From Malacoraja senta (Eukaryota): 64,000 nt of DNA. The DNA is taken from positions 1-64,000 of the forward strand of contig JAXLNO010000331.1 in the NCBI GenBank assembly GCA_038087875.1, read 5' to 3'. The notes below the pieces were generated by a model. The model was not told the DNA's origin. It saw only the letters and a program-made list of their open reading frames with translations, and made no database searches. Both the position numbers and the translations under genes were made by a program. Numbering within the stretch: position 1 is the first letter of the stretch; every line of letters starts with the position of its first letter. Positions 10,345 through 22,317 of this stretch are shown here, piece after piece.

Positions 10345-10925
10345 GCACTCCCTCTATGGCAAGAATGTCCTTCCTCAGATTTGGAGACCAAAACTGTACG
10401 CAATACTCCAGGTGTGGTCTCACCAAGACCCTGTACAACTGCAGTAGAACCTCCCTGCTCCTATACTCAAATCCTTTTGCTATGAATGCTAACATACCAT
10501 TCGCTTTCTTCACTGCCTGCTGCACCTGCATGCCTACTTTCAATGACTGGTGTACCATGACACCCAGGTCTCGCTGCATCTCCCCATTTCCTAATCGGCC
10601 ACCATTTAGATAATAGTCTGCCTTCCCGTTTTTGCCACCAAAGTGGATAACCTCACATTTATCCACATTATACTGCATCTGCCATGCATTTGCCCACTCA
10701 CCCAGCCTATCCAAGTCACCTTGCCGCCTCCTAGCATCCTCCTCACAGCTAACACTGCCCCCCAGCTTAGTGTCATCCGCAAACTTGGAGATGTTGCTTT
10801 CAATTCCCTCGTCCAGATCATTGATGTATATTGTAAATAGCTGGGGTCCCAGCACTGAGTCTTGCGGTACCCCACTAGTCACTGCCTGCCATTCTGAAAA
10901 GGACCCGTTTACTCCTACTCTTTGC
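10343..10925 (-). mobile_element. CR1-B fragment, antisense, junction-truncated
   Basis: Copy of 1717-2299. Confidence 0.9.
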
Positions 10926-11730
10926 GGGAGATGTCAGCGGAGATGAGGACGCCGAGAAACCGGAAGGTGTAGACCCTCTCCACACACTCGCCGTTGACGT
11001 CTAGGGGGGCTAAGTCGGTGCTGTGCCTCCTGGTCGACAACGAGCCCTTTTGTTTTCTTGGTGTTCAGAGCCAAGTTGTTTTCTGAGCACCAGGCTGTCA
11101 ACTTCAGGACTTCCTCTCTATAGGCTGCCTCGCCTCGTCTCCCCTTGAGATGAGTCCGACTACTGTAGTGTCGTCAGCAAACTTGAGGATGCGGTTGTTG
11201 CTGTGGGCCGGGCTACAGTCGTGGGTGTAGAAGACAGTACAGGAGGGGGCTTAGCACACAGCCCTGTGGGGAGCCGGGACTCAACATGCGAGTGGAGGAG
11301 AGGTGGGGGCCGAGTCTCACAGTCTGGGGCCGGTTGGTGAGGAAGTCCTTTATCCAGGCACATGTGAGAGTGGGGAGGCCGAGAGCGACCAGTTTGTCGA
11401 TGAGAATGAGAATTGAAAGCTGAGCTGTATTCCACAAAGAGCATCCGGACGTAGCTCTGCCCCTGCTCCTGCTCCAGCCCGCTCAGCACAGAGTGGAGAG
11501 CTACGGTGATGGTGTCTTCTGTGGATCTGTTTGGGCGATAGGCCAATTGGTGAGGGTCGAAGTCTGGAGGGAGATAGCCCTTGATGTGCTGGAGGACCAA
11601 ACTCTCGAAGCACTTGGTGATTACCGGAGTCAGAGCCACGGGACGGTAATCATTTAGGCTGGTGATGGGAGACTTCTTCGGCACTGGGACGATTGGGGCT
11701 GGTTTTAGGCAGGACGGGGTAACTGCCTGA
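10926..11730 (-). mobile_element. Rex1/Babar RT fragment (+6 bp GLEQEQGQ allele)
   Basis: ORF 11160-11684. Confidence 0.85.
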
Positions 11731-14490
11731 GTTTGTGAGACTGTAAAGGTTTGTGAGTGTGTAAAGGTTTGTGAGACTGTGTAAAAGTTTGTGAGACTGT
11801 GTAAAAGTTTGTGAGACTGTGTAAAAGTTTGTGAGGCTGTGTAAAAGTTTGTGAGGCTGTAAAAGTTTGTGAGACTGTAAAAGTTTGTGAGACTGTGTAA
11901 AAGTTTGTGAGACTGTAAAGGTTTGTGAGACTGTGTAAAGGATTGTGGAACTGTGTAAAAGTTTGTGAGACTGTGTAAAAGTTTGTGAGACTGTGTAAAA
12001 GTTTGTGAGGCAGTGTAAAGGTTTGTGAGACTGTGTAAATGTTGGTGAGACTGTGTAAAAGTTTGTGAGGCTGTGTAAAAGTTTGTGAGACTGTGTAAAA
12101 GTTTGTGAGGCTGTGTAAATGTTGGTGAGACTGTGTAAAAGTTCGTGAGGCTGTGTAAAAGTTTGTGAGACTGTGTAAAAGTTTGTGAGACTGTGTAAAA
12201 GTTTGTGAGACTGTGTAAAGGTTTGTGAGACTGTGTAAAGGTTTGTGAGACTGTGAAAAAGTTTGTGAGGCTGTGTAAAGGTTTGTGAGACTAAAGGTTT
12301 GTGAGACTGTGTAAAAGTTTGTGAGGCTGCGTAAAAGTTTGTGAGACTGTGTAAAGGTTTGTGAGACTGTGTAAAAGTCTGTGAGACTGTGTAAAAGTTT
12401 GTGAGACTGTGTAAAAGTCTGTGAGACTGTGTAAAAGTTTGTGAGACTGTGTAAAAGTCTGTGAGACTGTGTAAAAGTTTGTGAGACTGTGTTAAAGTTT
12501 GTGAGGCTGTGTAAAAGTTTGTGAGACTGTAAAAGTTTGTGAGACTGTGTAAACGTTTGTGAGACTGTGTAAAAGTTTGTGAGACTGTGTAAAAGTTTGT
12601 GAGACTGTGTAAAAGTTTGTGAGGCTGTGTAAAGGTTTGTGAGACTGTGTAAAAGTTTGTGAGGCTGTGTAAAAGTTTGTGAGACTGTGTAAAAGTTTGT
12701 GAGACTGTGTAAAAGTTTGTGAGGCAGTGTAAAAGTTTGTGAGACTGTAAAAGTTTGTGGGACTGTGTAAAAGTTTGTGAGGCTGTGTAAAGGTTTGTGA
12801 GACTGTGTAAAAGTTTGTGAGGCAGTGTAAAAGTTTGTGAGACTAAAAGTTTGTGAGACTGTAAAAGTTTGTGAGACTGTGTAAAGGTTTGTGAGACTGT
12901 GTAAAAGTTTGTGAGGCAGTGTAAAAGTTTGTGAGGCTGTGTAAAGGTTTGTGAGGCTGTGTAAAAGTTTGTGAGGCTGTGTAAAAGTTTGTGAGGCTGT
13001 GTAAAAGTTTGTGAGACTGTGTAAAAGTTTGTGAGACTGTAAAGGTTTGTGAAACTAAAAGTTTGTGAGACTGTGTAAATGTTGGTGAGACTGTGTAAAG
13101 GTTTGTGTGGCTAAAAGTTTGTGAGACTGTAAAGGTTTGTGAGACTGTGTAAAAGGTTGGTGAGACTGTGTAAAAGTTCATGAGGCTGTGTAAAAGTTTG
13201 TGAGACTGTGTAAAAGTTTGTGAGGCTGTGTAAAGGTTTGTGAGACTGTGTAAAGGTTTGTGAGGCTGTGTAAAGGTTTGTGAGGCTGTGTAAAAGTTTG
13301 TGAGGCTGTGTAAAAGTTTGTGAGACTGTGTAAAGGTTTGTGAGACTGTGTGAAAGTTTGTGAGACTGTGTAAAGGTTTGTGAGACTGTGTAAAAGTTTG
13401 TGAGGCTGTGTAAAAGTTTGTGAGACTGTGTGAAAGTTTGTGAGGCTGTGTAAAAGTTTGTGAGACTGTGTAAAAGTTTGTGAGACTGTGTAAAAGTTTG
13501 TGGAACTGTGTAAAAGTTCGTGAGACTGTGTAAAAGTTTGTGAGGCTGTGTAAAAGTTCGTGAGGCTGTGTAAAAGTTTGTGAGACTGTAAAGGTTTGTG
13601 AGACTGTAAAAGTTTGTGAGGCTGTGTAAAAGTTTGTGAGACTGTGTAAAGGTTTGTGAGACTGTGTAAAGGTTTGTGAGACTGTAAAAGTTTGTGAGAC
13701 TGTGTAAAAGTTCGTGAGGCTGTGTAAAAGTTTGTGAGACTGTAAAGGTTTGTGAAACTAAAAGTTTGTGAGTGTGTAAATGTTGGTGAGACTGTGTAAA
13801 GGTTTGTGAGACTAAAAGTTTGTGAGACTGTAAAGGTTTGTGAGACTGTAAAGGTTGGTGAGACTGTAAAAGGTTGGTGAGACTGTGTAAAAGTTTGTGA
13901 GACTGTGTAAAAGTTTGTGAGGCAGTGTAAAAGTTTGTGAGACTGTGTAAAAGTTTGTGAGACAGTGTAAAAGTTTGTGAGACTGTGTAAAAGTTTGTGA
14001 GGCAGTGTAAAAGTTTGTGAGACTGTGTAAAAGTTTGTGAGACAGTGTAAAAGTTTGTGAGACTGTGTAAAAGTTTGTGAGGCTGTGTAAATGTTTGTGA
14101 GACTGTGTAAAGGTTTGTGAGGCTGTGTAAAAGTTTGTGGAACTGTGTAAAAGTTCGTGAGGCTGTGTAAAGGTTTGTGAGACTGTGTAAAGGTTTGTGA
14201 GACTGTGTAAAGGTTTGTGAGGCTGTGTAAAGGTTTGTGAGGCTGTGTAAAGGTTTGTGAGGCTGTGTAAAAGTTCGTGAGGCTGTGTAAAAGTTTGTGA
14301 GACTGTGTAAAGGTTTGTGAGGCTGTGTAAAAGTTCGTGAGGCTGTATAAAAGTCCGTGAGGCTGTGTAAAAGTTTGTGAAACTATAAGTTTGTGAGTAA
14401 ACATTTGTGAGACTGTGTAAAAGTTTGTGGAACTGTGTAAACGTTCGTGAGACTTTAAAAGTTTGTGAGGCTGTGTAAAAGTTTGTGAAA
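11731..14490. repeat. 20-bp minisatellite array
   Basis: Tandem 20-mers. Confidence 0.97.
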
Positions 14491-15164
14491 AAGCATGCAG
14501 GTACAGCAGGCAGTGAAGAAAGCGAATGGCCTGTTGGCCTTCATAACAAGAGGAGTTGAGTATAGGAGCAAAGAGGTCCTTCTGCAGTTGTACAGGGCCC
14601 TGGTGAGACCACACCTGGAGTATTGTGTACAGTTTTGGTCCCCTAATTTGAGGAAGGACATTCTTGCTATTGAGGGAGCCCAGCGTAGGTTCACCAGGTT
14701 AATTCCCGGGATGGCGGGACTGTCATATGCTGAGAGAATGGAGCGGCTGGGCTTGTACACTCTGGAGTTTAGAAGGATGAGAGGGCATCTTATTGAAACA
14801 TATAAGATTATTAAGGGTTTGGACACGCTAGAGGCAGGAAACATGTTCCCGATGTTGGGGGAGTCCAGAACCAGGGGCCACACACACAGTTTAAGAATAA
14901 GGGGTCGGCCATTTAGAACGGAGACGAGGAAACACTTTTCCACCCAGAGAGTTGTGAATCTGTGGGATTCTCTGCCTCAGAGGGCGGTGGAGGCAGGTTC
15001 TCTGGATACTTTCAAGAGATAGTTAGATAGGGCTCTTAAAGATAGCGGAGTCAGGGGATATGGGGAGAAGGCAGGAACGGGGTACTGATTGGGGATGATC
15101 AGCCGTGATCATATTGAATGGCTTGAAGGGCCGAATGGCCTACTCCTGCACCTATTGTCTATTG
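14491..15164 (+). mobile_element. CR1-C 3' fragment (copy 3)
   Basis: ORF 14495-15022; same junctions. Confidence 0.9.
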
Positions 15165-16736
15165 AAACTGTGTAAAAGTTTGTGAGACTGTGTGAATGTT
15201 TGTGAGACTGTGTAAAAGTTTGTGAGGCTGTGTAAAAGTTTGTGAGACTGTGTAAAAAATTTGTGAGACTGTGTAAAAGTTTGTGAGACTGTGTAAAAGT
15301 TTGTGAGACTGTGTAAAAGTTTGTGAGACTGTGTAAAAGTTTGTGAGACTGTGTAAAGGTTTGTGAGTGTGTGAAAGTTTGTGAGACAGTGTGAAGGTTT
15401 GTGAGACTAAAAGTTTGTGAGACTGTGAATGTTTGTGAGACTGTGTGAAAGTTTGTGAGACTGTGTAAAAGTTTGTGAGACTGTGTAAAAGTTTGTGAGA
15501 CTGTGTAAAAGTTTGTGAGACTGTGTAAAAGTTTGTGAGACTGTGTAAAAGTTTGTGAGACTGAGTAAAAGTTTGTGAGACTGTGTAAAAGTTTGTGAGA
15601 CTGTGTAAAAGTTTGTGAGACTGTGTAAAAGTTTGTGAGACTGTGTAAAAGTTTGTGAGACTGTGTAAAAGTTTGTGAGGCTGTGTAAAAGTTTGTGAGA
15701 CTGTGTAAAAGTTTGTGAGGCTGTGTAAAAGTTTGTGAGGCTGTGTAAAAGTTTGTGGAAGTGTGTAAAAGTTTGTGAGACTGTGTAAAAGTTTGTGGAA
15801 GTGTGTAAAAGTTTGTGAGACTGTGTAAAAGTTTGTGAGGCTGTGTAAAGGTTTGGGAGACTGTAAAGGTTTGTGAGACTGTGTAAAAGTTTGTGAGGCT
15901 GTGTAAAAGTTTGTGAGACTGTAAAAGTTTGTGAGACTGTAAAAGTTTGTGAGACTGTGTACAAGTTTGTGGAACTGTGTAAAAGTTTGTGAGACTAAAC
16001 ATTCGTGAGACTAAAAGTTTGTGAGACTGTAAATGTTTGTGGAACTGTGTAAAAGTTCGTGAGACTGTGTAAAAGTTCGTGAGGCTGTGTAAAAGTTTGT
16101 GGAAGTGTGTAAAAGTTTGTGAGGCTGTGTAAAGGTTTGTGAGACTGTGTAAACGTTTGTGAGACTGTGTAAACGTTTGTGAGACTGTGTAAAAGTTTGT
16201 GAGACTGTAAAAGTTTGTGAGACTGTAAAAGTTTGTGAGACTGTGTAAAAGTTTGTGAGACTAAAATGTTTGTGGAACTGTGTACAAGTTTGTGAGACTG
16301 TGTAAAAGTTTGTGAGACTGTGTAAACGTTTGTGAGACTGTGTAAAAGTTTGTGAGACTGTGTAAACGTTTGTGAGACTGTGTAAAAGTTTGTGAGACTG
16401 TAAAAGTTTGTGAGACTGTAAAAGTTTGTGAGACTGTGTAAAAGTTTGTGAGACTAAAATGTTTGTGGAACTGTGTACAAGTTTGTGAGACTGTGTAAAA
16501 GTTTGTGAGACTGTGTAAAAGTTTGTGAGACTGTGTAAAAGTTTGTGAGACTGTGTAAAAGTTTGTGAGACTGTGTAAAAGTTTGTGGAAGTGTGTAAAA
16601 GTTTGTGAGGCTGTGTAAAAGTTTGTGAGACTGTGTAAAAGTTTGTGAGGCTGTGTAAAAGTTTGTGAGACTGTGTAAAAGTTTGTGGAAGTGTGTAAAA
16701 GTTTGTGAGACTGTGTAAAAGTTTGTGAGACTGTGT
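15165..16736. repeat. 20-bp minisatellite array
   Basis: Tandem 20-mers, GAGAC-rich with GGAAG variants. Confidence 0.97.
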
Positions 16737-19310
16737 AATGAATGAATGAATGCCATTTTATTCACTATACACATGTACAATGAGATTAAAAGCAGCTCGT
16801 ACTCAGTGCAGACATGTAATTAGTTCCAAAAACAAAAAACAAAACAAAAGGTGGGGTGGGGGGGTGGGGGGATAAGGTGCGGAGTTCTGCGGTGCTATAT
16901 ACATATCTATAAAAAGACAATGGGTAAATAGAGTGAATAAATAGGATTCCTATATACAGTATGGGTTATTGTACATATTACAAATTACAGTTACAGTACA
17001 AATTACAGTCGGTGGATAGATGGGTCTGTGGGTTAAGCTGTGTAGTCAGTACATGTGTGAGTTCAGAGAGGTTAAAGCAACTGTTCTTGAGTCTATTTGT
17101 CCTTGTTCTGATGCACCTCTAGCGCCTCCCTGAGGGCAGCAGGTCGAACAGGCCAAACGCAGGATGGGAGCTGTCCTTGATGATGTCCTTCGCTCTGCTG
17201 AGGCAGCGGGAGGTGTAAATGTCCATCAGGGAGGGGAAGAGGGCAGCCAATGATCTTCTGTGCTGCCCTAACTACCCTCCGGAGCCTCTCCCTGTCTGCC
17301 GTGGTGCAGCTGCGTACCATGCTGTAATGCAGTATGTAAGCAGGCTCTCACGGTAGAAGGTCAGGAGCGGGTTGGAGTCCAGGTTGTGGTTCCTGAGGAC
17401 CCTCAGGAAGTGCAGCCGCTGCTGAGCCTTCTTACATAGAAACATAGACAATAGGTGCAGGAGTAGGCCATTCAGCCCTTCGAGCCTGCACCACCATTCA
17501 ATGTGATCATGGCTGATCATCCAACTCAGTATCCCGTACCTGCCTTCTCTCCATACCCCCTGATCCCTTTAGCCACAAGGGCCACATCTAACTCCCTCTT
17601 AAATATAGCCAATGAACTGTGGCCTCAACTACCCTCTGTGGCAGAGAGTTCCACAGATTCACCACTCTCTGTGTGAAAAAGTTTTTCCTCATCTCGGTCT
17701 TAAAGGATTTCCCCCTTATCCTTAAGCTGTGACCCCTTGTCCTGGACTTCCCCAACATCGGGAACAATCTTCCTGCATCTAGCCTGTCCAACCCCATAAG
17801 AATTTTGTAAGTTTCTATAAGATCCCCCCTCAATCTCCTAAATTCTAGCGAGTACAAGCCGAGTCTATCCAGTCTTTCTTCATATGAGAGTCCTGACATC
17901 CCAGGAATCAGTCTGGTGAACCTTCTCTGCACTCCCTCTATGGCTATAATGTCCTTCCTCAGATTTGGAGACCAAAACTGTACGCAATACTCCAGGTGTG
18001 GTCTCACCAAGACCCTGTACAACTGCAGTAGAACCTCCCTGCTCCTATACTCAAATCCTCTTGCTATGAAGGCCAACATACCATTCGCTTTCTTCACTGT
18101 CTGCTGCACCTGCATGCCTACTTTCAATGACTGGTGTACCATGACACCCAGGTCTCGCTGCATCTCCCCATTTCCTAATCGGCCACCATTTAGATAATAG
18201 TCTGCCTTCCCGTTTTTGCCACCAAAGTGGATAACCTCACATTTATCCACATTATACTGCATCTGCCAAACATTTGCCCACTCACCCAGCCTATCCAAGT
18301 CACCTTGCAGTCTCCTAGCATCCTCCTCACAGCTAACACTGCCCCCCAGCTTAGTGTCATCCGCAAACTTGGAGATGTTGCCTTCAATTCCCTCGTCCAG
18401 ATCATTAATATAAATTGTAAATAGCTGGGGTCCCAGCACTGAGCCTTGCGGTACCCCACTAGTCACTGCCTGCCATTGTGAAAAGGACCCGTTTACTCCT
18501 ACTCTTTGCGGGAGATGTCAGCGGAGATGAGGACGCCGAGAAACCGGAAGGTGTAGACCCTCTCCACACACTTGCCGTTGATGTCTAGGGGGGCTAAGTC
18601 GGTGCTGTGTCTCCTGGAGTCGACAACGAGCCCTTTTGTTTTCTTGGTGTTCAGAGCCAAGTTGTTTTCTGAGCACCAGGCTGTCAACTTCAGGACTTCC
18701 TCTCTATAGGCTGCCTGGCCTCGTCCCCCCTTGAGATGAGTCCGACTACTGTAGTGTCGTCAGCAAACTTGAGGATGCGGTTGTTGCTGTGGGCCGGACT
18801 ACAGTCGTGGGTGTAGAAGACAGTATAGGAGGGGGCTTAGCACACAGCCCTGTGGGGAGCCGGGACTCAACATGCGAGTGGAGGAGAGGTGGGGGCCGAG
18901 TCTCACAGTCTGGGGCCGGTTGGTGAGGAAGTCCTTTATCCAGGCACATGTGAGAGTGGGGAGGCCGAGAGTGACCAGTTTGTCGATGAGAATGAGAATT
19001 GAAAGCTGAGCTGTATTCCACAAAGAGCATCCGGACGTAGCTCTGCCCCAGCTCCACGTGGCTCAGCACAGAGTGGAGAGCTACGGTGATGGTGTCTTCT
19101 GTGGATCTGTTTGGGCGATAGGCCAATTGGTGAGGGTCGAAGTCTGGAGGGAGATAGCCCTTGATGTGCTGGAGGACCAAACTCTCGAAGCACTTGGTGA
19201 TTACCGGAGTCAGAGCCACGGTACGGTAATCATTTAGGCTGGTGATGGGAGACTTCTTCGGCACTGGGACGATTGGGGCTGGTTTTAGGCAGGACGGGGT
19301 AACTGCCTGA
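16737..19310 (-). mobile_element. Rex1/Babar LINE, 5'-truncated, with its 3' UTR and tail; interrupted by CR1-B (T2 block 1)
   Basis: RT motifs at 18510-19310; resumes at 17433 as KKAQQRLHFLRVLR...LTFYR..LLTYCITAWY; minus-strand AATAAA at 16757-16762 followed by a (CATT)4 tail at 16737-16752. Confidence 0.85.
17434..18509 (-). mobile_element. CR1-B insertion (5'-truncated, complete 3' end) nested in Rex
   Basis: ORF 17588-18466 with PQGSVLGP and FADD motifs; tail reads ACATAGAAACATAG on the + strand. Confidence 0.92.
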
Positions 19311-20478
19311 GTTTGTGAGACTGTAAAGGTTTGTGAGACTGTGTAAAAGTTTGTGAGACTGTGTAAAATTTTGTGAGACTGTGTAAAGGTTTGTGAGACT
19401 GTGTAAAGGTTTGTGAGACTAAAGGTTTGTGAGACTGTGTAAAAGTTTGTGAGACTGTAAAGGTTTGTGAGACTGTGTAAAAGTTTGTGAGACTGTAAAG
19501 GTTTGTGAGACTGTGTAAAGGATTGTGGAACTGTGTAAAAGTTTGTGAGACTGTGTAAAAGTTTGTGAGGCAGTGTAAAGGTTTGTGAGACTGTGTAAAA
19601 GTTTGTGAGACTGTGTAAAAGTTTGTGAGACTGTAAAAGTTTGTGAGACTGTGTAAATGTTGGTGAGACTGTGTAAAAGTTTGTGAGACTGTGTAAAAGT
19701 TTGTGAGGCTGCGTAAAAGTTTGTGAGACTGTGTAAAAGTTTGTGAGACTAATAGTTTGTGGAACTGTAAAAGTTTGTGAGACTAAAAGTTTGTGAGACT
19801 GTGTAAAAGTTTGTGAGACTGTGTAAAGGTTTGTGGAACTGTGTAAAAGTTTGTGAGACTAAAGGTTTGTGGAACTGTGTAAAAGTTTGTGAGACTGTGT
19901 AAAGGTTTGTGAGACAAAGTTTGTGAGACTGTGTAAAAGTTTGTGAGACTGTAAAAGTTTGTGAGGCTGTGTAAAAGTTTGTGAGACTGTGTAAAAGTTT
20001 GTGAGACTGTGTAAAGGTTTGTGAGACTAAAAGTTTGTGAGACTGTGTAAAAGTTTGTGAGACTGTGTAAAAGTTTGTGAGACTGTAAAGGTTTGTGAGA
20101 CTGTGTAAAGGTTTGTGGAACTGTAAACGTTTGTGAGACTGTGTAAAAGTTTGTGAGACTGTGTAAAAGTTCGTGAGGCTGTGTAAAAGTTCGTGAGGCT
20201 GTGTAAAAGCTTGTGAAACTAAAAGTTTGTGAGACTAAACATTTGTGAGGCTGTGTAAAGGTTTGTGAGACTATGTAAAGGTTCGTGAGGCTGTGTAAAT
20301 GTTTGTGAGACTGTGTAAAGGTTTGTGAGGCTGTATAAAAGTTCGTGAGGCTGTGTAAAAGTTTGTGAAACTATAAGTTTGCGAGTAAACATTCGTGAGA
20401 CTGTGTAAAAGTTTGTGGAACTCTGTAAAAGTTCGTGAGACTTTAAAAGTTTGTGAGGCTGGGTAAAAGTTTGTGAAA
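19311..20478. repeat. 20-bp minisatellite array
   Basis: Tandem 20-mers. Confidence 0.97.
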
Positions 20479-21152
20479 AAGCATGCAGGTACAGCAGGCA
20501 GTGAAGAAAGCCAATGGCATGTTGGCCTTCATAACAAGAGGAGTTGAGTACAGGAGCAAAGAGGTCCTTCTGCAGGTGTACAGGGCCCTAGTGAGACCAC
20601 ACCTGGAGTATTGTGTGCAGTTTTGGTCCCCTAATTTGAGGAAGGACTTTCTTGCTATTGAGGGAGTCCAGCGTAGGTTCACCAGGTTAATTCCCGGGAT
20701 GGCGGGACTGTCATACGCTGAGAGAATGGAGCGGCTGGGCTTGTACACTCTGGAGTTTAGAAGGATGAGAGGGCATCTCATTGAAACATATAAGATTATT
20801 AAGGGTTTGGACACGCTAGAGGCAGGAAACATGTTCCCGATGTTGGGGGAGTCCAGAACCAGGGGCCACACACACAGTTTAAGAATAAGGGGTCGGCCAT
20901 TTAGAACGGAGATGAGGAGAAACGTTTCCACCCAGAGAGTTGTGAATCTGTGGGATTCTCTGCCTCAGAGGGCGGTGGAGGCCGGTTCTCTGGATACTTT
21001 CAAGAGATAGTTAGATAGGGCTCTTAAAGATAGCGGAGTCAGGGGATATGGGGAGAAGGCAGGAACGGGGTACTGATTGGGGATGATCAGCCGTGATCAT
21101 ATTGAATGGCTTGAAGGGCCGAATGGCCTACTCCTGCACCTATTGTCTATTG
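20479..21152 (+). mobile_element. CR1-C 3' fragment (copy 4)
   Basis: ORF 20483-21010; same junctions. Confidence 0.9.
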
Positions 21153-22317
21153 AAACTGTGTAAAAGTTTGTGAGACTGTGTAAAAGTTTGTGAGACTGTG
21201 TAAAAGTTTGTGAGACTGTGTAAAAGTTTGTGAGACTGTGTAAAGGTTTGTGAGTGTGTGAAAGTTTGTGAGACAGTGTGAAGGTTTGTGAGACTAAAAG
21301 TTTGTGAGACTGTGAATGTTTGTGAGACTGTGTGAAAGTTTGTGAGACTGTGTAAAAGTTTGTGAGACTGTGTAAAAGTTTGTGAGACTGTGTAAAAGTT
21401 TGTGAGACTGTCTAAAAGTTTGTGAGACTGTGTAAAAGTTTGTGAGACTGTGTAAAAGTTTGTGAGACTGTGTAAAAGTTTGTGAGACTGTGTAAAAGTT
21501 TGTGAGACTGTGTAAAAGTTTGTGAGACTGTGTAAAAGTTTGTGAGACTGTAAAAGTTTGTGAGGCTGTGTAAAAGTTTGTGAGACTGTGTAAAAGTTTG
21601 TGAGGCTGTGTAAAAGTTTGTGAGGCTGTGTAAAAGTTTGTGGAAGTGTGTAAAAGTTTGTGAGACTGTGTAAAAGTTTGTGGAAGTGTGTAAAAGTTTG
21701 TGAGACTGTGTAAAAGTTTGTGAGGCTGTGTAAAGGTTTGGGAGACTGTAAAGGTTTGTGAGACTGTGTAAAAGTTTGTGAGGCTGTGTAAAAGTTTGTG
21801 AGACTGTAAAAGTTTGTGAGACTAAAAGTTTGTGAGACTGTGTACAAGTTTGTGGAACTGTGTAAAAGTTTGTGAGACTAAACATTCGTGAGACTAAAAG
21901 TTTGTGAGACTGTAAATGTTTGTGGAACTGTGTAAAAGTTCGTGAGACTGTGTAAAAGTTCGTGAGGCTGTGTAAAAGTTTGTGGAAGTGTGTAAAAGTT
22001 TGTGAGGCTGTGTAAAGGTTTGTGAGACTGTGTAAAAGTTTGTGAGACTGTGTAAACGTTTGTGAGACTGTGTAAAAGTTTGTGAGACTGTAAAAGTTTG
22101 TGAGACTAAACATTCGTGAGACTGTAAAAGTTTGTGAGACTGTGTAAAAGTTTGTGAGACTGTGTAAAAGTTTGTGGAACTGTGTAAAAGTTTGTGAGAC
22201 TAAACATTCGTGAGACTGTAAAAGTTTGTGAGACTGTGTAAAGGTTTGTGAGACTGTGTAAAAGTTTGTGGAAGTGTGTAAAAGTGTGTGAGTGTGTAAA
22301 AGTTTGTGAGACTGTGT
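21153..22317. repeat. 20-bp minisatellite array
   Basis: Tandem 20-mers; variant pattern parallels 15165-16736. Confidence 0.97.
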
